A stretch of DNA of 64,000 nucleotides from an uncultured delta proteobacterium (GTDB taxonomy: Bacteria > Desulfobacterota > Desulfobacteria > Desulfobacterales > UBA2156): contig CAVTQK010000021.1 in NCBI GenBank assembly GCA_963736855.1, forward strand, positions 608,001-672,000. The letters run 5' to 3'. Position 1 is the first letter of the stretch; every line of letters begins with the position of its first letter. Made by a program: the position numbers and the translations under genes. The notes below the pieces were generated by a model that made no database searches, was not told where the DNA came from, and saw only the letters and a program-made list of their open reading frames with translations. Shown one piece after another: positions 9,317 through 17,673 of this stretch.

Positions 9317-10111
9317 TATATCGCCTTTCTCTATTTCATGCGCCTGGAGCAGGGACGGATCTTCTTTGTGCTGGATTCGGATGAAAGCGGCGAGCAGGCT
9401 CTGCCGGGACGCGTATACGCCGATGTGCCCACCCTGATGCGTGCCGGGTTTATGGAGCCGGCCGTGGACGACAAGCCCAGTCAGGACGAATGGGGCGTAT
9501 TTTTATCCGGCTATGCACCGCTGCTGAATGGTGAGGGCAAATACCTTCTGGGAATCGATATGAATGCCGAAGAGGTGGACAAAAAGCTCTCTTCCCTGCG
9601 CTTAACCGGCATGATCTCGCTTATCGGCTCAATCCTTCTGGCCCTTTTGTTTGCCCTTGCCCTTTCCCGCGGGCTGGGCTAGCGCATTGCGGTGCTGACA
9701 TCGCGCTGCCGCCACATTACCGCCGGCCGATTCGAGGAAAAGCTTGAGATGCGCACCCATGACGAGTTCGAGAACCTGATCGAAGCCTTCAACACCATGA
9801 GTGATGGGCTGGGCCTTGCCCGCGGCCAGGCCGAAAAAGCCATTGCGCAATTGAGCGATGCCCGGGACAACCTGGAAACCCGTGTCCGGGAGCGGACCCG
9901 TGAACTCGAGCAAGCCCTGGAAAAGGTCCAGGTGCTAAGCGTCATGCTGCCCATCTGCTGTTCGTGCAAGAAGATCCGTAACGACCAGGGATACTGGCAG
10001 CGGGTGGAGCAATTCATGGAATTGCACACCAGCGCGCGCTTTACCCATGGGTTGTGTCCGGAGTGCGCTGTCCTGCTTTACGTAGACATCTTGTCCAAAC
10101 CCAAAACTTGA
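9317..10111 (+). pseudogene. 5'-truncated membrane sensor (periplasmic domain-TM-HAMP) with C-terminal Cys-rich tail and an in-frame TAG
   Basis: ORFs 9221-9682 and 9692-10111 are in the same frame, split by TAG at 9680-9682. Motifs DEWG.FLSGYAP, HAMP (DEFENL..AFNTM) and LPICCSCKKIR..HGLCPEC. The 5' end abuts the IS91 end. Confidence 0.75.
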
Positions 10112-10121
10112 CTTAAATCAA
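10108..10121. promoter_or_regulatory. FNR/CRP-family-like palindrome upstream of hdrC
   Basis: TTGAC-TTAA-ATCAA against the FNR consensus TTGAT-N4-ATCAA, 36 bp before the hdrC start. Confidence 0.4.
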
Positions 10122-10156
10122 AGACAGCGAACTTGTCTTTGCGCTATCCATAGACC

Positions 10157-10747
10157 ATGTCAAATTCAACTGTTACGACAACCCAACCCATGATCCAGCT
10201 CAAGGGAAACCCCCTTAATCTTTCCCGGATGATCCGGGATCGCACGGGAGTGAATCCGAATCTGTGCTTTCATTGCCTGTGCTGCGCCAGCGGGTGCCCC
10301 TTTATCGGGGCCATGGACTTACACCCCAACCAGGTGATCCGCCTGGTGCAGCTGGGCCAGACCCACGAGGTTCTGCGCTGCTCGGCCATCTGGGCCTGCG
10401 TGGGTTGCCATACCTGCTCTTGCCTGTGTCCCATGGCCATTGACATGTCGGCCGTCATGGACGCCCTGCGGCAGATCGCTATCGAAAACGGTATCATACC
10501 GGCCCAACCCCAGGTGCTGGCCTTTCACCAGGAGGTGCTCGCCTCCATCGAGCGCTACGGCCGGACCCATAAGCTGGAAATCATGCTGCGATTTAAGGCC
10601 CGCACGGGAGATTGGTTCAAAGATATCGACGTGGGGCTGAAAATGCTGGCCAAGCGCAAACTCGACCTTACGCCCTCGCGGGTGAAAGCCATTGCCGAGA
10701 TCAGGCAAATCTACCAGCAGAGCCGCAAGGAGTGGCCCCATGGCTGA
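10157..10747 (+). CDS. hdrC: Heterodisulfide reductase subunit C-like 2x[4Fe-4S] protein
   Basis: CFHCLCCASGCP and WACVGCHTCSCLCP motifs. Overlaps the hdrB start. Confidence 0.88.
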   Translation: MSNSTVTTTQPMIQLKGNPLNLSRMIRDRTGVNPNLCFHCLCCASGCPFIGAMDLHPNQVIRLVQLGQTHEVLRCSAIWACVGCHTCSCLCPMAIDMSAVMDALRQIAIENGIIPAQPQVLAFHQEVLASIERYGRTHKLEIMLRFKARTGDWFKDIDVGLKMLAKRKLDLTPSRVKAIAEIRQIYQQSRKEWPHG

Positions 10748-11597
10748 CAACCCGGCAAAAACCTATTCCTATTTTCCCGGCTGTTCCCTGGCCACCTCGG
10801 CCAAGGAGAACAACCAGTCCCTGATCCAATTCTGCCGCCGGCTGGGCATCGAACTGGTGGAACTGACCGATTGGAACTGCTGCGGCAGTTCATCGGCCCA
10901 CAGCATCAACTCCAGCCTGGCCGCTCTCCTTTCAAACCGCAACCTGGCCCTCGCTCCCAGCGGCCGGCCCTTGCTGGTAGCCTGTCCAAGCTGCATGCTG
11001 CGCCTTACGGAAGCCAAGCTGCATTTGCAAAACGACCCTGTCGCCCGAAGGAATTACGAGCAAGCCTGGGGCCGGAAAGTGGATGATTCCCTGGAGATCA
11101 TCCATTTCTTCGAGCTATTTGACCGCCTGGGGTTTTCAAACTTGATTCCGGGCGCCGAGCAGAGTCTTTCCGGGCTCAAGATCGCCCCCTACTATGGCTG
11201 TATGCTGGCCCGTCCCCCGCATATGCGTCACCTGCCCAACCACTACGGCCTGATGGAACGCGTATTGGGTCAATTGGGCACCGAAACGGTTTCCTGGAGC
11301 TATGCCGCGCGCTGCTGCGGGACATTTTTATCCGTGGCGCGGCCCGATGTGGTCAGCCCCCTGGTGGATCAGATCGTCGATGGGGCCTCTGCGGCCGGGG
11401 CGGATTGCATCGTCACAGCCTGCGCCATGTGCCACCTGAATCTTGAGGTGCGCTGCACGCGTAAACAACCGCTGCCCACCTTTCATTTCTCCGAAATCCT
11501 GGCCCTGGCCCTGGGCGCCACTGCCCACAACCACTGGTTTACCCGCCACCTGGTCGACCCGCGGCCCATGCTCAAAGCCAAAGGCTTGATCAGCTGA
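10740..11597 (+). CDS. hdrB: Heterodisulfide reductase subunit B (CCG domains)
   Basis: YFPGCS, DWNCCG, CPSC, YYGC, CCG and TACAMC motifs. ATG 10740 with AAGGAG RBS. Confidence 0.9.
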   Translation: MADNPAKTYSYFPGCSLATSAKENNQSLIQFCRRLGIELVELTDWNCCGSSSAHSINSSLAALLSNRNLALAPSGRPLLVACPSCMLRLTEAKLHLQNDPVARRNYEQAWGRKVDDSLEIIHFFELFDRLGFSNLIPGAEQSLSGLKIAPYYGCMLARPPHMRHLPNHYGLMERVLGQLGTETVSWSYAARCCGTFLSVARPDVVSPLVDQIVDGASAAGADCIVTACAMCHLNLEVRCTRKQPLPTFHFSEILALALGATAHNHWFTRHLVDPRPMLKAKGLIS

Positions 11598-11698
11598 AAA
11601 GCCACATCGTACAAAAAGAAAACAGTTACCCGGGAACATCCCGGTTAACCGTTTAGGAGGAGAACAGATGCAAGAATGATTAGGCTGGCATTTATAGG

Positions 11699-11714
11699 AG
11701 CAAATCGTATGCCA
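11699..11714 (-). promoter_or_regulatory. Sigma-54 -24/-12 promoter-like motif (orphan)
   Basis: Minus strand reads TGGCATACGATTTGCT, i.e. GG-N10-GC in TGGCA..TTGC context. Confidence 0.45.
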
Positions 11715-11745
11715 GGCGAGGCCAAAATGCCGGGGTAGTGGTTGT

Positions 11746-12053
11746 TGATTGCCCTGTTAAATAAATGGCGGCATACCGGATTCAACGTGTACGGCGGCCC
11801 GAGAATCCTCCCCTGGCAAAAGGTGTCCATGGAAAACCTGGCCCGGTACATCATCCGGGCATCGTTTTCCCAAAAGCGCATGACCTATGTTCCGGAAGCG
11901 GGGACGGTGATCTATCAATCCAAAGACGGCCGACACACAAAGCAACGCATCCCGCGGCTTGCGCAAAAAAGCCGGGGTGGATGAGATCATCCCTTCCCTG
12001 CTCGAGCCCGAAATGACCGATAGGGCGTTTCGGAAAAATTGGCCACGCCTGAT
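11746..12053 (+). mobile_element. Second IS91 transposase fragment, 308-bp copy of 8531-8838
   Basis: Near-identical to the first copy (two substitutions seen) and carries the same internal deletion junction. Confidence 0.92.
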
Positions 12054-12378
12054 GTTGAAATCCCACCAACGCGGGATGGAGGGAAGGGGTTGACAGGCAA
12101 GTGTATCGAGGAGGGGAAACAATGCAGGACACAGAGCCTATAAGAGCATTGTCAACGGAACTGAATCGACTATCGGAGATTGCGGCAAGAGATTCACTCT
12201 TGGATTTATGCCGCAGGTATGTGAACCTGCTTGAAGAGTCCCGCCAAGGCGGGATTCTGTGAGGGGCCGGGGCCAACGGATACATGGTTGAAATAGAGTG
12301 GCACCGCCGGGAAACCAGGCGGCAAACAGAGAAAACAAACCTCAACCTGTAGTATCGGGAGAATCCGGTCTACTCGAC
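12054..12378 (+). ncRNA. Group II intron 3' half remnant (DIII, start of DIV with RT stub, altered DV, DVI)
   Basis: GGAGGGAAGGGGTTGAC (DIII-like); GAGGGGAAACA..CAGGACACAGAG; RT-like stub (M)STELNRLSEIAAR; GAAGAG..TTCTGTGAGGGG; terminal TCTACTCGAC. Confidence 0.75.
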
Positions 12379-12401
12379 TCATTATCATTCATTTTATCAT
12401 T

Positions 12402-12934
12402 CCCTCTGGGAAGAACTGCATCCCTTTGAACGGATGGGGCTTATCCTTGAATACATGAGGAAAAGCGGTCGATTTCTCGATCTTCATACCGAATCGATCC
12501 GGGGTGATATTCGGCCTTCGGATGATAAATACGCCGGCGTCAAGGCAGACTCCGATCCGGTCTTTGCCGTATGGGGAAAACGCAAATAGCCCTATGGGGC
12601 TCCGGATTTCTCCGAACGCCCCGGTATTTCAGCATGAGAGAGGATCTGAAGTCGGAGCCCACAGGCATTTGGTCAACCTGGAAAAAGACGACTCTAGAAT
12701 CACTTCGGCTGTCTCCAGCGCTTCACGAGACTTGAATCCCGACCCCAGAGCCTGAAAAAGGGCATCGTGCCGGGATACAGCACACCCCAGTTTCTCATAT
12801 TCAATCGGAATCGGCGGATACGTTGCATCTTTGAAAAAATAGGTCCCAGGTCCTTTCCACCCGACCGCCCTGAACGACCAGCTTTGTCGGAGGTCAAAAA
12901 AGAATTTCATGGCTTTCGCCGCCCCGGAATTTTC
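12402..12934 (+). repeat. Right direct repeat (copy of 7680-8118)
   Basis: Direct sequence match. Includes the orphan 3' end of the methyltransferase (12402-12589). Confidence 0.95.
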
Positions 12935-13534
12935 CTGTATCTCTTTGAGGTGCAGGTTCCTTCCCAACCGGCGATCGACTTCTGAACAAACGGCATCGAG
13001 AAATGCAGCATCTGTGATCACAAGTCCATAGAGATACCAGTCGGTACATACTGCCCTGACGATCTCTTTACGATCGGCGGAAAGGTTTCGGCAGGGCGGG
13101 CAGAAGTATTCCCGACATGCCAGACCGCCGTAAAAACTCAGCCCTCTGAAATCGATTCCCCGGTTTCCATCCGATAGAGGATGCAGCAGGCACCCCACTC
13201 GAGAACGCTGCTTTCCGACAAGACCCAAAAAAGGACAGCGATAAAAATCCGGATAGATACCCGGATCCGATTCCAGATGCTCCATTCGGAGCCGAAACGC
13301 CTCGATGGCATCTGCAGCGCGGGGAATCTCCTGGAATTCCCGGGTTCGAAAGGAAAGGATTTTAAGGAGTGTTTCCCGGGAGGCATCCGCACGATTGTAA
13401 AGTCCGCAACAGGCTCCGCAGGATACAGATTCTGAAACCTGGCAAAGATACACACCCCCTGGAACCGTTGCTTCAGGGTGTTGAAAAACCGACCTACGCT
13501 TTTCCACGACGCCTTGACCATTCATAAAGGGCAA
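12629..13534 (-). CDS. Cys-rich hypothetical protein (possible Fe-S/Zn binding)
   Basis: 301 aa. Motifs LC..SCGACCG, CPFLG, GCLLHP and AC..YFCPPC. Overlaps the end of the rsmG fusion. Confidence 0.75.
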   Translation of the reverse strand: MPFMNGQGVVEKRRSVFQHPEATVPGGVYLCQVSESVSCGACCGLYNRADASRETLLKILSFRTREFQEIPRAADAIEAFRLRMEHLESDPGIYPDFYRCPFLGLVGKQRSRVGCLLHPLSDGNRGIDFRGLSFYGGLACREYFCPPCRNLSADRKEIVRAVCTDWYLYGLVITDAAFLDAVCSEVDRRLGRNLHLKEIQENSGAAKAMKFFFDLRQSWSFRAVGWKGPGTYFFKDATYPPIPIEYEKLGCAVSRHDALFQALGSGFKSREALETAEVILESSFSRLTKCLWAPTSDPLSC

Positions 13535-14969
13535 CGGCCATCGCCACCGCCGCGTTTAAAGAGTCGATCCCCTGCTCCATAGGGATGGAAACGGCGCGAT
13601 CTCGTAAGCCTTCAGGCAATCCCTGGCCCTCCATTCCGGCCAGCAGCCCGAAAGCTTCCGGAAAACGGATTTTACGCAGATCCCGACCTTCAGCCGACAG
13701 GGCGATGACCGGGATATCCGGCGGGACTGCTTCCAGCGCCGGTCCCTCTTTTAACGGCAAGGTGAGGGCGGCACCCCCCGAAGCCCGCAGCGCCTTGGGA
13801 TGAAACGGGTGCGCGCTCTCCTGAAGCAGGATCCCCTGAGATGCCCCGAAGGCTGCCGCAGACCGAATGGCGGCCCCGACATTCTCCGGATCCTGGAAAG
13901 GCAGGAGCACGCTGCATCCTGGGGGAAAACCTTCTTCCGGTTGCCAGAGGGGTATCTCCGGCACACGGATCACCAATAGCGGGCTGCGGGTCCCATAGGC
14001 ATCCAGTACATCGAACAGGTCCGGGGCAAGGCAATACCATTTCATTAAAGCCGGTGCCCTCGGAGGAGGCGGCGTCCGGTCCCCACGGCTGATCCATGCT
14101 TCACATCTGTCCGGATGTTTTTGAAGAATTTCTAGGACTTGTCGGGTACCGCAAGCCAGGGCCTTCCCCGCTTTCCTCACCCCCCTGCTGGTCAAAAGCT
14201 TTTTGAGATCAATGAAAATCGGATTTTGGGGACTCGAAATAGCGTGCAGGGTGTTTTGGGCCGATGCGCTTTGCCGTACCGCGCAAACCGGGGCGTCAAG
14301 CCTTCGAAAAATCACCAAACGTCGCTGGTGCCGAATTTCGGGGAGGGTATAGGCTTTGTCGAAAAAAAGGGCATAGGCGTCCTTGAAACGCTTTGTCGCA
14401 CGCGCCACTTCCGCCTCAGAGCCCGGTCCCTTCATGAAGATGGCCATCCCTCCCTGATTCAAGGATCCCCGGATGCGATCGAGGGTCTCGTCGATGGGTT
14501 CTACGGCCCGGGTGATGACGGCTTCCACCGGTATTTCGGTCCGTTCTGAAATGCTGCCCGCATGTACCCGGATTCCCTTCAATCCCAGCAGGGCAATGGC
14601 CTGATTTAAAAACAAAACGCGCTTTCCCCGGCTTTCCGCCAAAATGACCTCAAGGTTTGGCCGAAAAATCTTCAAGGGTATCCCCGGCATCCCGGGCCCG
14701 GTACCCAGGTCGAGAAGTGGAGATGGAAGATCGATCATCGTAGCGGGAAAAAAGGAATCGACGTAGAGCTTCAATATCATATTGGTGAAATTGTGAACCC
14801 GTGTGAGGTTCAATTCGGAATTGCGGTCCCTCAAGAGGGTGTGATAAGTCCACAGCTGCCGGAGCTGGGGAGCGGAAAGCGTAATCCCGCAGCCTTGCAA
14901 AAGGGTATCCATCCTTTCTACGGTGGCCGTCTTTTCAGGTTCGGCAACAAAACGGTGCATCTTACTCAT
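13494..14969 (-). CDS. rsmG: 16S rRNA m7G527 methyltransferase RsmG fused to a TrmH/SpoU-family RNA methyltransferase
   Basis: N-half: NLTR..DS, LDLGTGPGMPGIPL, ES..KR..FL, TRAV, MKG. C-half: QDPENVGAAIRSA, G.EGQGL, SIPM..IDSLNAAVA. Start approximate. Confidence 0.88.
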   Translation of the reverse strand: MSKMHRFVAEPEKTATVERMDTLLQGCGITLSAPQLRQLWTYHTLLRDRNSELNLTRVHNFTNMILKLYVDSFFPATMIDLPSPLLDLGTGPGMPGIPLKIFRPNLEVILAESRGKRVLFLNQAIALLGLKGIRVHAGSISERTEIPVEAVITRAVEPIDETLDRIRGSLNQGGMAIFMKGPGSEAEVARATKRFKDAYALFFDKAYTLPEIRHQRRLVIFRRLDAPVCAVRQSASAQNTLHAISSPQNPIFIDLKKLLTSRGVRKAGKALACGTRQVLEILQKHPDRCEAWISRGDRTPPPPRAPALMKWYCLAPDLFDVLDAYGTRSPLLVIRVPEIPLWQPEEGFPPGCSVLLPFQDPENVGAAIRSAAAFGASQGILLQESAHPFHPKALRASGGAALTLPLKEGPALEAVPPDIPVIALSAEGRDLRKIRFPEAFGLLAGMEGQGLPEGLRDRAVSIPMEQGIDSLNAAVAMAVALYEWSRRRGKA

Positions 14970-15018
14970 ATCGCAGTCCATAGGTCGGAGATGACGCGGT
15001 CTTGCGCGATGCGCCTTT

Positions 15019-15786
15019 ATGAAAGGGTTCCCATCGGTGACTTCGATGCATTTTTTCCACCATCGCTGGCCTGTTTTTTTCGAAGACAACCATGTTCTCT
15101 CCCTTTACAAACCGGCCGGTCTTCTCATGCAGGGAGACCGAAGCGGTGCGCCGTGCATTCTCGATCTGGCCCGATCCTGGATCAAAGAGCGTCATCACAA
15201 GCCGGGACGGGTCTTTCTCGGGCTGGTCCACCGCCTGGACCGCCCCGTGGCCGGTATTGTGCTTTTCGCCCGCACCTCTAAGGCCGCATCCCGACTCAGC
15301 GCCCGGATTCGCGAGGGGCGGATTAGAAAAGCTTATATTGCCATCCTGGAAGGAATACCCCCCTCACCTTCAGGAGACCTGGTTCACTTCTTTGAATGCG
15401 TGAAGGGAAAAAACCGCATTCAAAGCATGCCGGGAAAAGGCATCAAGGAAGCCCGCCTTAGCTTTAAGGTTCTGGAAAGCGCCGGTAAACAAACTCTTGT
15501 AAAAATCAATCTGCAAACCGGACGCAAACACCAGATCCGTCTTCAGTTCGCCCAAATCGGATGCCCGGTGGTGGGGGACGTGCGTTATGGCGCTTCAGCA
15601 CCCCTTTCCGGCCGCCAAATCGCTCTCTTTTCCCAAGAAATCGCTTTTCAGCATCCCACACGGCCGGAGGAAATTACCCTGTCATCCCCCCTGCCGGAAG
15701 GATGGCCCTGGGGTTCCGGTATCGCTGCGACGGATGCGCCGCTTTGGAATTGGGATGATTTTGCCCTTCCCATTATTTCCGGGTAA
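15019..15786 (+). CDS. RluA-family pseudouridine synthase
   Basis: KPAG, HRLDRPVAG, TGRKHQIR and PVVGD.RYG motifs. Confidence 0.92.
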   Translation: MKGFPSVTSMHFFHHRWPVFFEDNHVLSLYKPAGLLMQGDRSGAPCILDLARSWIKERHHKPGRVFLGLVHRLDRPVAGIVLFARTSKAASRLSARIREGRIRKAYIAILEGIPPSPSGDLVHFFECVKGKNRIQSMPGKGIKEARLSFKVLESAGKQTLVKINLQTGRKHQIRLQFAQIGCPVVGDVRYGASAPLSGRQIALFSQEIAFQHPTRPEEITLSSPLPEGWPWGSGIAATDAPLWNWDDFALPIISG

Positions 15787-17458
15787 GCTGCCGGTATCGG
15801 ATGCGACGGGGTATCTCGGCCGCAGTCCCTAAGCGTTTGCGCCGGTCGGTCTCATAATCCGAATAATTTCCCTCAAACCAGGCTACCCGGCTTTCGCCTT
15901 CAAAGGCAAGGATATGAGTGGCGATCCGGTCGAGAAACCACCGGTCGTGGGTGATAACCACCGCGCACCCCGCAAAGTTTTCGAGCGCCTCCTCAAGGGC
16001 CCGCAGAGTGTTCACATCCAGGTCGTTGGTGGGCTCATCCAGAAGCAGCAGGTTGGCCCCGGATTTGAGCATCCGGGCCAAATGGACTCGGTTGCGTTCC
16101 CCCCCGGACAGCATTCCCACCTTCTTTTGCTGATCGTTTCCGGAAAAGGCGAACCTTGCCACGTAGGCCCTGGATTTAACCTGTACTTTTCCCAATTCGA
16201 GGATGTCTTTACCATCCGAAATCACTTCCCAAACGGTTTTTTCAGGATTCAGACTTTCCCGGCTCTGATCGACATACGCTATTTTCACCGTTTCCCCGAA
16301 CCGGAATGCGCCCGAATCCGGCTCTTCCTGCCCGGTAATCATTTTAAACAATGTGGTTTTACCCGCGCCGTTAGGCCCGATAACTCCTACAATGCCCCCG
16401 GGAGGCAGAGAGAAAGACACATTCTCCATGAGGAGCCGATCCTTGAACCCCTTGGTCACGCTGTTGGCTTCCACCACCAGGTTCCCCAGGCGGGGGCCTG
16501 GAGGGATATAGATCTCCAAGTCTTCCTGGCGCTGGATGCTGTCCTGGGAAAGGAGTTTTTCATATGCGCCGATCCTGGCCTTGGATTTGGCTTGTCGCGC
16601 CTTTGGACTCATTCGGATCCATTCCAGTTCACGCTCCAGCGTCTTCCGGCGTTTGCTTTCGCCTTTTTCCTCCACTGCCAGACGGGCTTTTTTTTGTTCG
16701 AGCCAGGACGAATAATTTCCCTTCCAGGGGATGCCGCGCCCTCGGTCGAGTTCCAGGATCCAGCCGGCCACGTTATCAAGGAAATAGCGGTCATGGGTTA
16801 CGGCGATGACGGTTCCTTCGTAGTTTTGCAGGTGATGCTCCAGCCATGCGACGGTCTCTGCATCCAGATGATTTGTCGGTTCGTCCAGCAGCAAAATGTC
16901 CGGTTTTTGGAGCAGAAGACGGCACAGAGCCGCGCGCCGGCGCTCGCCCCCTGAAATGACTTTGACCGGCGTGTTTCCTTCAGGACACCGCAAAGCATCC
17001 ATAGCCATTTCCAGGCGGGAATCGATATCCCATGCATTCAAGGCGTCGAGTTTTTCCTGGATCACCCCCTGGCGCTCGATGAGACGGTTCATCTCGTCAT
17101 CCGAAAGGGGTGCAGCCAATGCTTCGCTGATCCGGTTGAATTCCTTCATGAGATTCACGGTTTCCCGAACCCCTTCCTCGACGATTTCCCTAACGGTCTT
17201 GGTCTCGTCCAGAACCGGCTCCTGCTCCAGAAAACCCACTGTATGACCCGGAGAAATGACGGTTTTACCCAAAAATTCGGTGTCAATGCCGGCCAGAATC
17301 CGCAACAGGGAGCTCTTTCCGGAGCCGTTAAGCCCGATAACACCGATCTTTGCGCCGTAAAAATAGGAAAGGGAAATGTCTTGAAGGATTGGACGTTTGT
17401 CATAGTACTTACTGACTCCGATCATGGAATAGATGATTTTATCCAACTGCTCACCCAT
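15773..17458 (-). CDS. ettA: Energy-dependent translational throttle protein EttA (ABC-F)
   Basis: 561 aa, two ABC cassettes. GAKIGVIGLNGSGKS, ELDRGRGIPWKGNYSSWLEQK and IPPGPRLG. Confidence 0.95.
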   Translation of the reverse strand: MGEQLDKIIYSMIGVSKYYDKRPILQDISLSYFYGAKIGVIGLNGSGKSSLLRILAGIDTEFLGKTVISPGHTVGFLEQEPVLDETKTVREIVEEGVRETVNLMKEFNRISEALAAPLSDDEMNRLIERQGVIQEKLDALNAWDIDSRLEMAMDALRCPEGNTPVKVISGGERRRAALCRLLLQKPDILLLDEPTNHLDAETVAWLEHHLQNYEGTVIAVTHDRYFLDNVAGWILELDRGRGIPWKGNYSSWLEQKKARLAVEEKGESKRRKTLERELEWIRMSPKARQAKSKARIGAYEKLLSQDSIQRQEDLEIYIPPGPRLGNLVVEANSVTKGFKDRLLMENVSFSLPPGGIVGVIGPNGAGKTTLFKMITGQEEPDSGAFRFGETVKIAYVDQSRESLNPEKTVWEVISDGKDILELGKVQVKSRAYVARFAFSGNDQQKKVGMLSGGERNRVHLARMLKSGANLLLLDEPTNDLDVNTLRALEEALENFAGCAVVITHDRWFLDRIATHILAFEGESRVAWFEGNYSDYETDRRKRLGTAAEIPRRIRYRQLTRK

Positions 17459-17584
17459 CTGTCGTCATCTCCTTTTTTGATCAGTGGAAGAATTCGAGAG
17501 TTATCTTGATACACGATGTCATACGACGGATCAACAGGATCATTCCGCTGGGTCGTAAAACGATCTGTGGATTGAAAAGCGTCA

Positions 17585-17613
17585 TTGACATGTCATGAGG
17601 ATTAGCATAAATT
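17585..17613 (+). promoter_or_regulatory. Sigma-70-like promoter overlapped by the palindrome TGACATGTCA
   Basis: TTGACA-17 bp-TAAATT upstream of 17674. Confidence 0.45.
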
Positions 17614-17673
17614 TTTTAATTCTTTTTTAAATAGAAAAGGGCGTTTCCCCCCAGACAACAGAAGCAAAGCTAT

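Noticed and set aside
7680..12934. Prophage or integrase-type island with att sites
   Set aside because: No integrase, tRNA or phage genes, and the repeats are far longer than typical att cores.
15914..16954. Long antisense ORFs (also 20420-21574, 45037-45831, 63501-63902)
   Set aside because: They are shadows of well-supported genes on the other strand.
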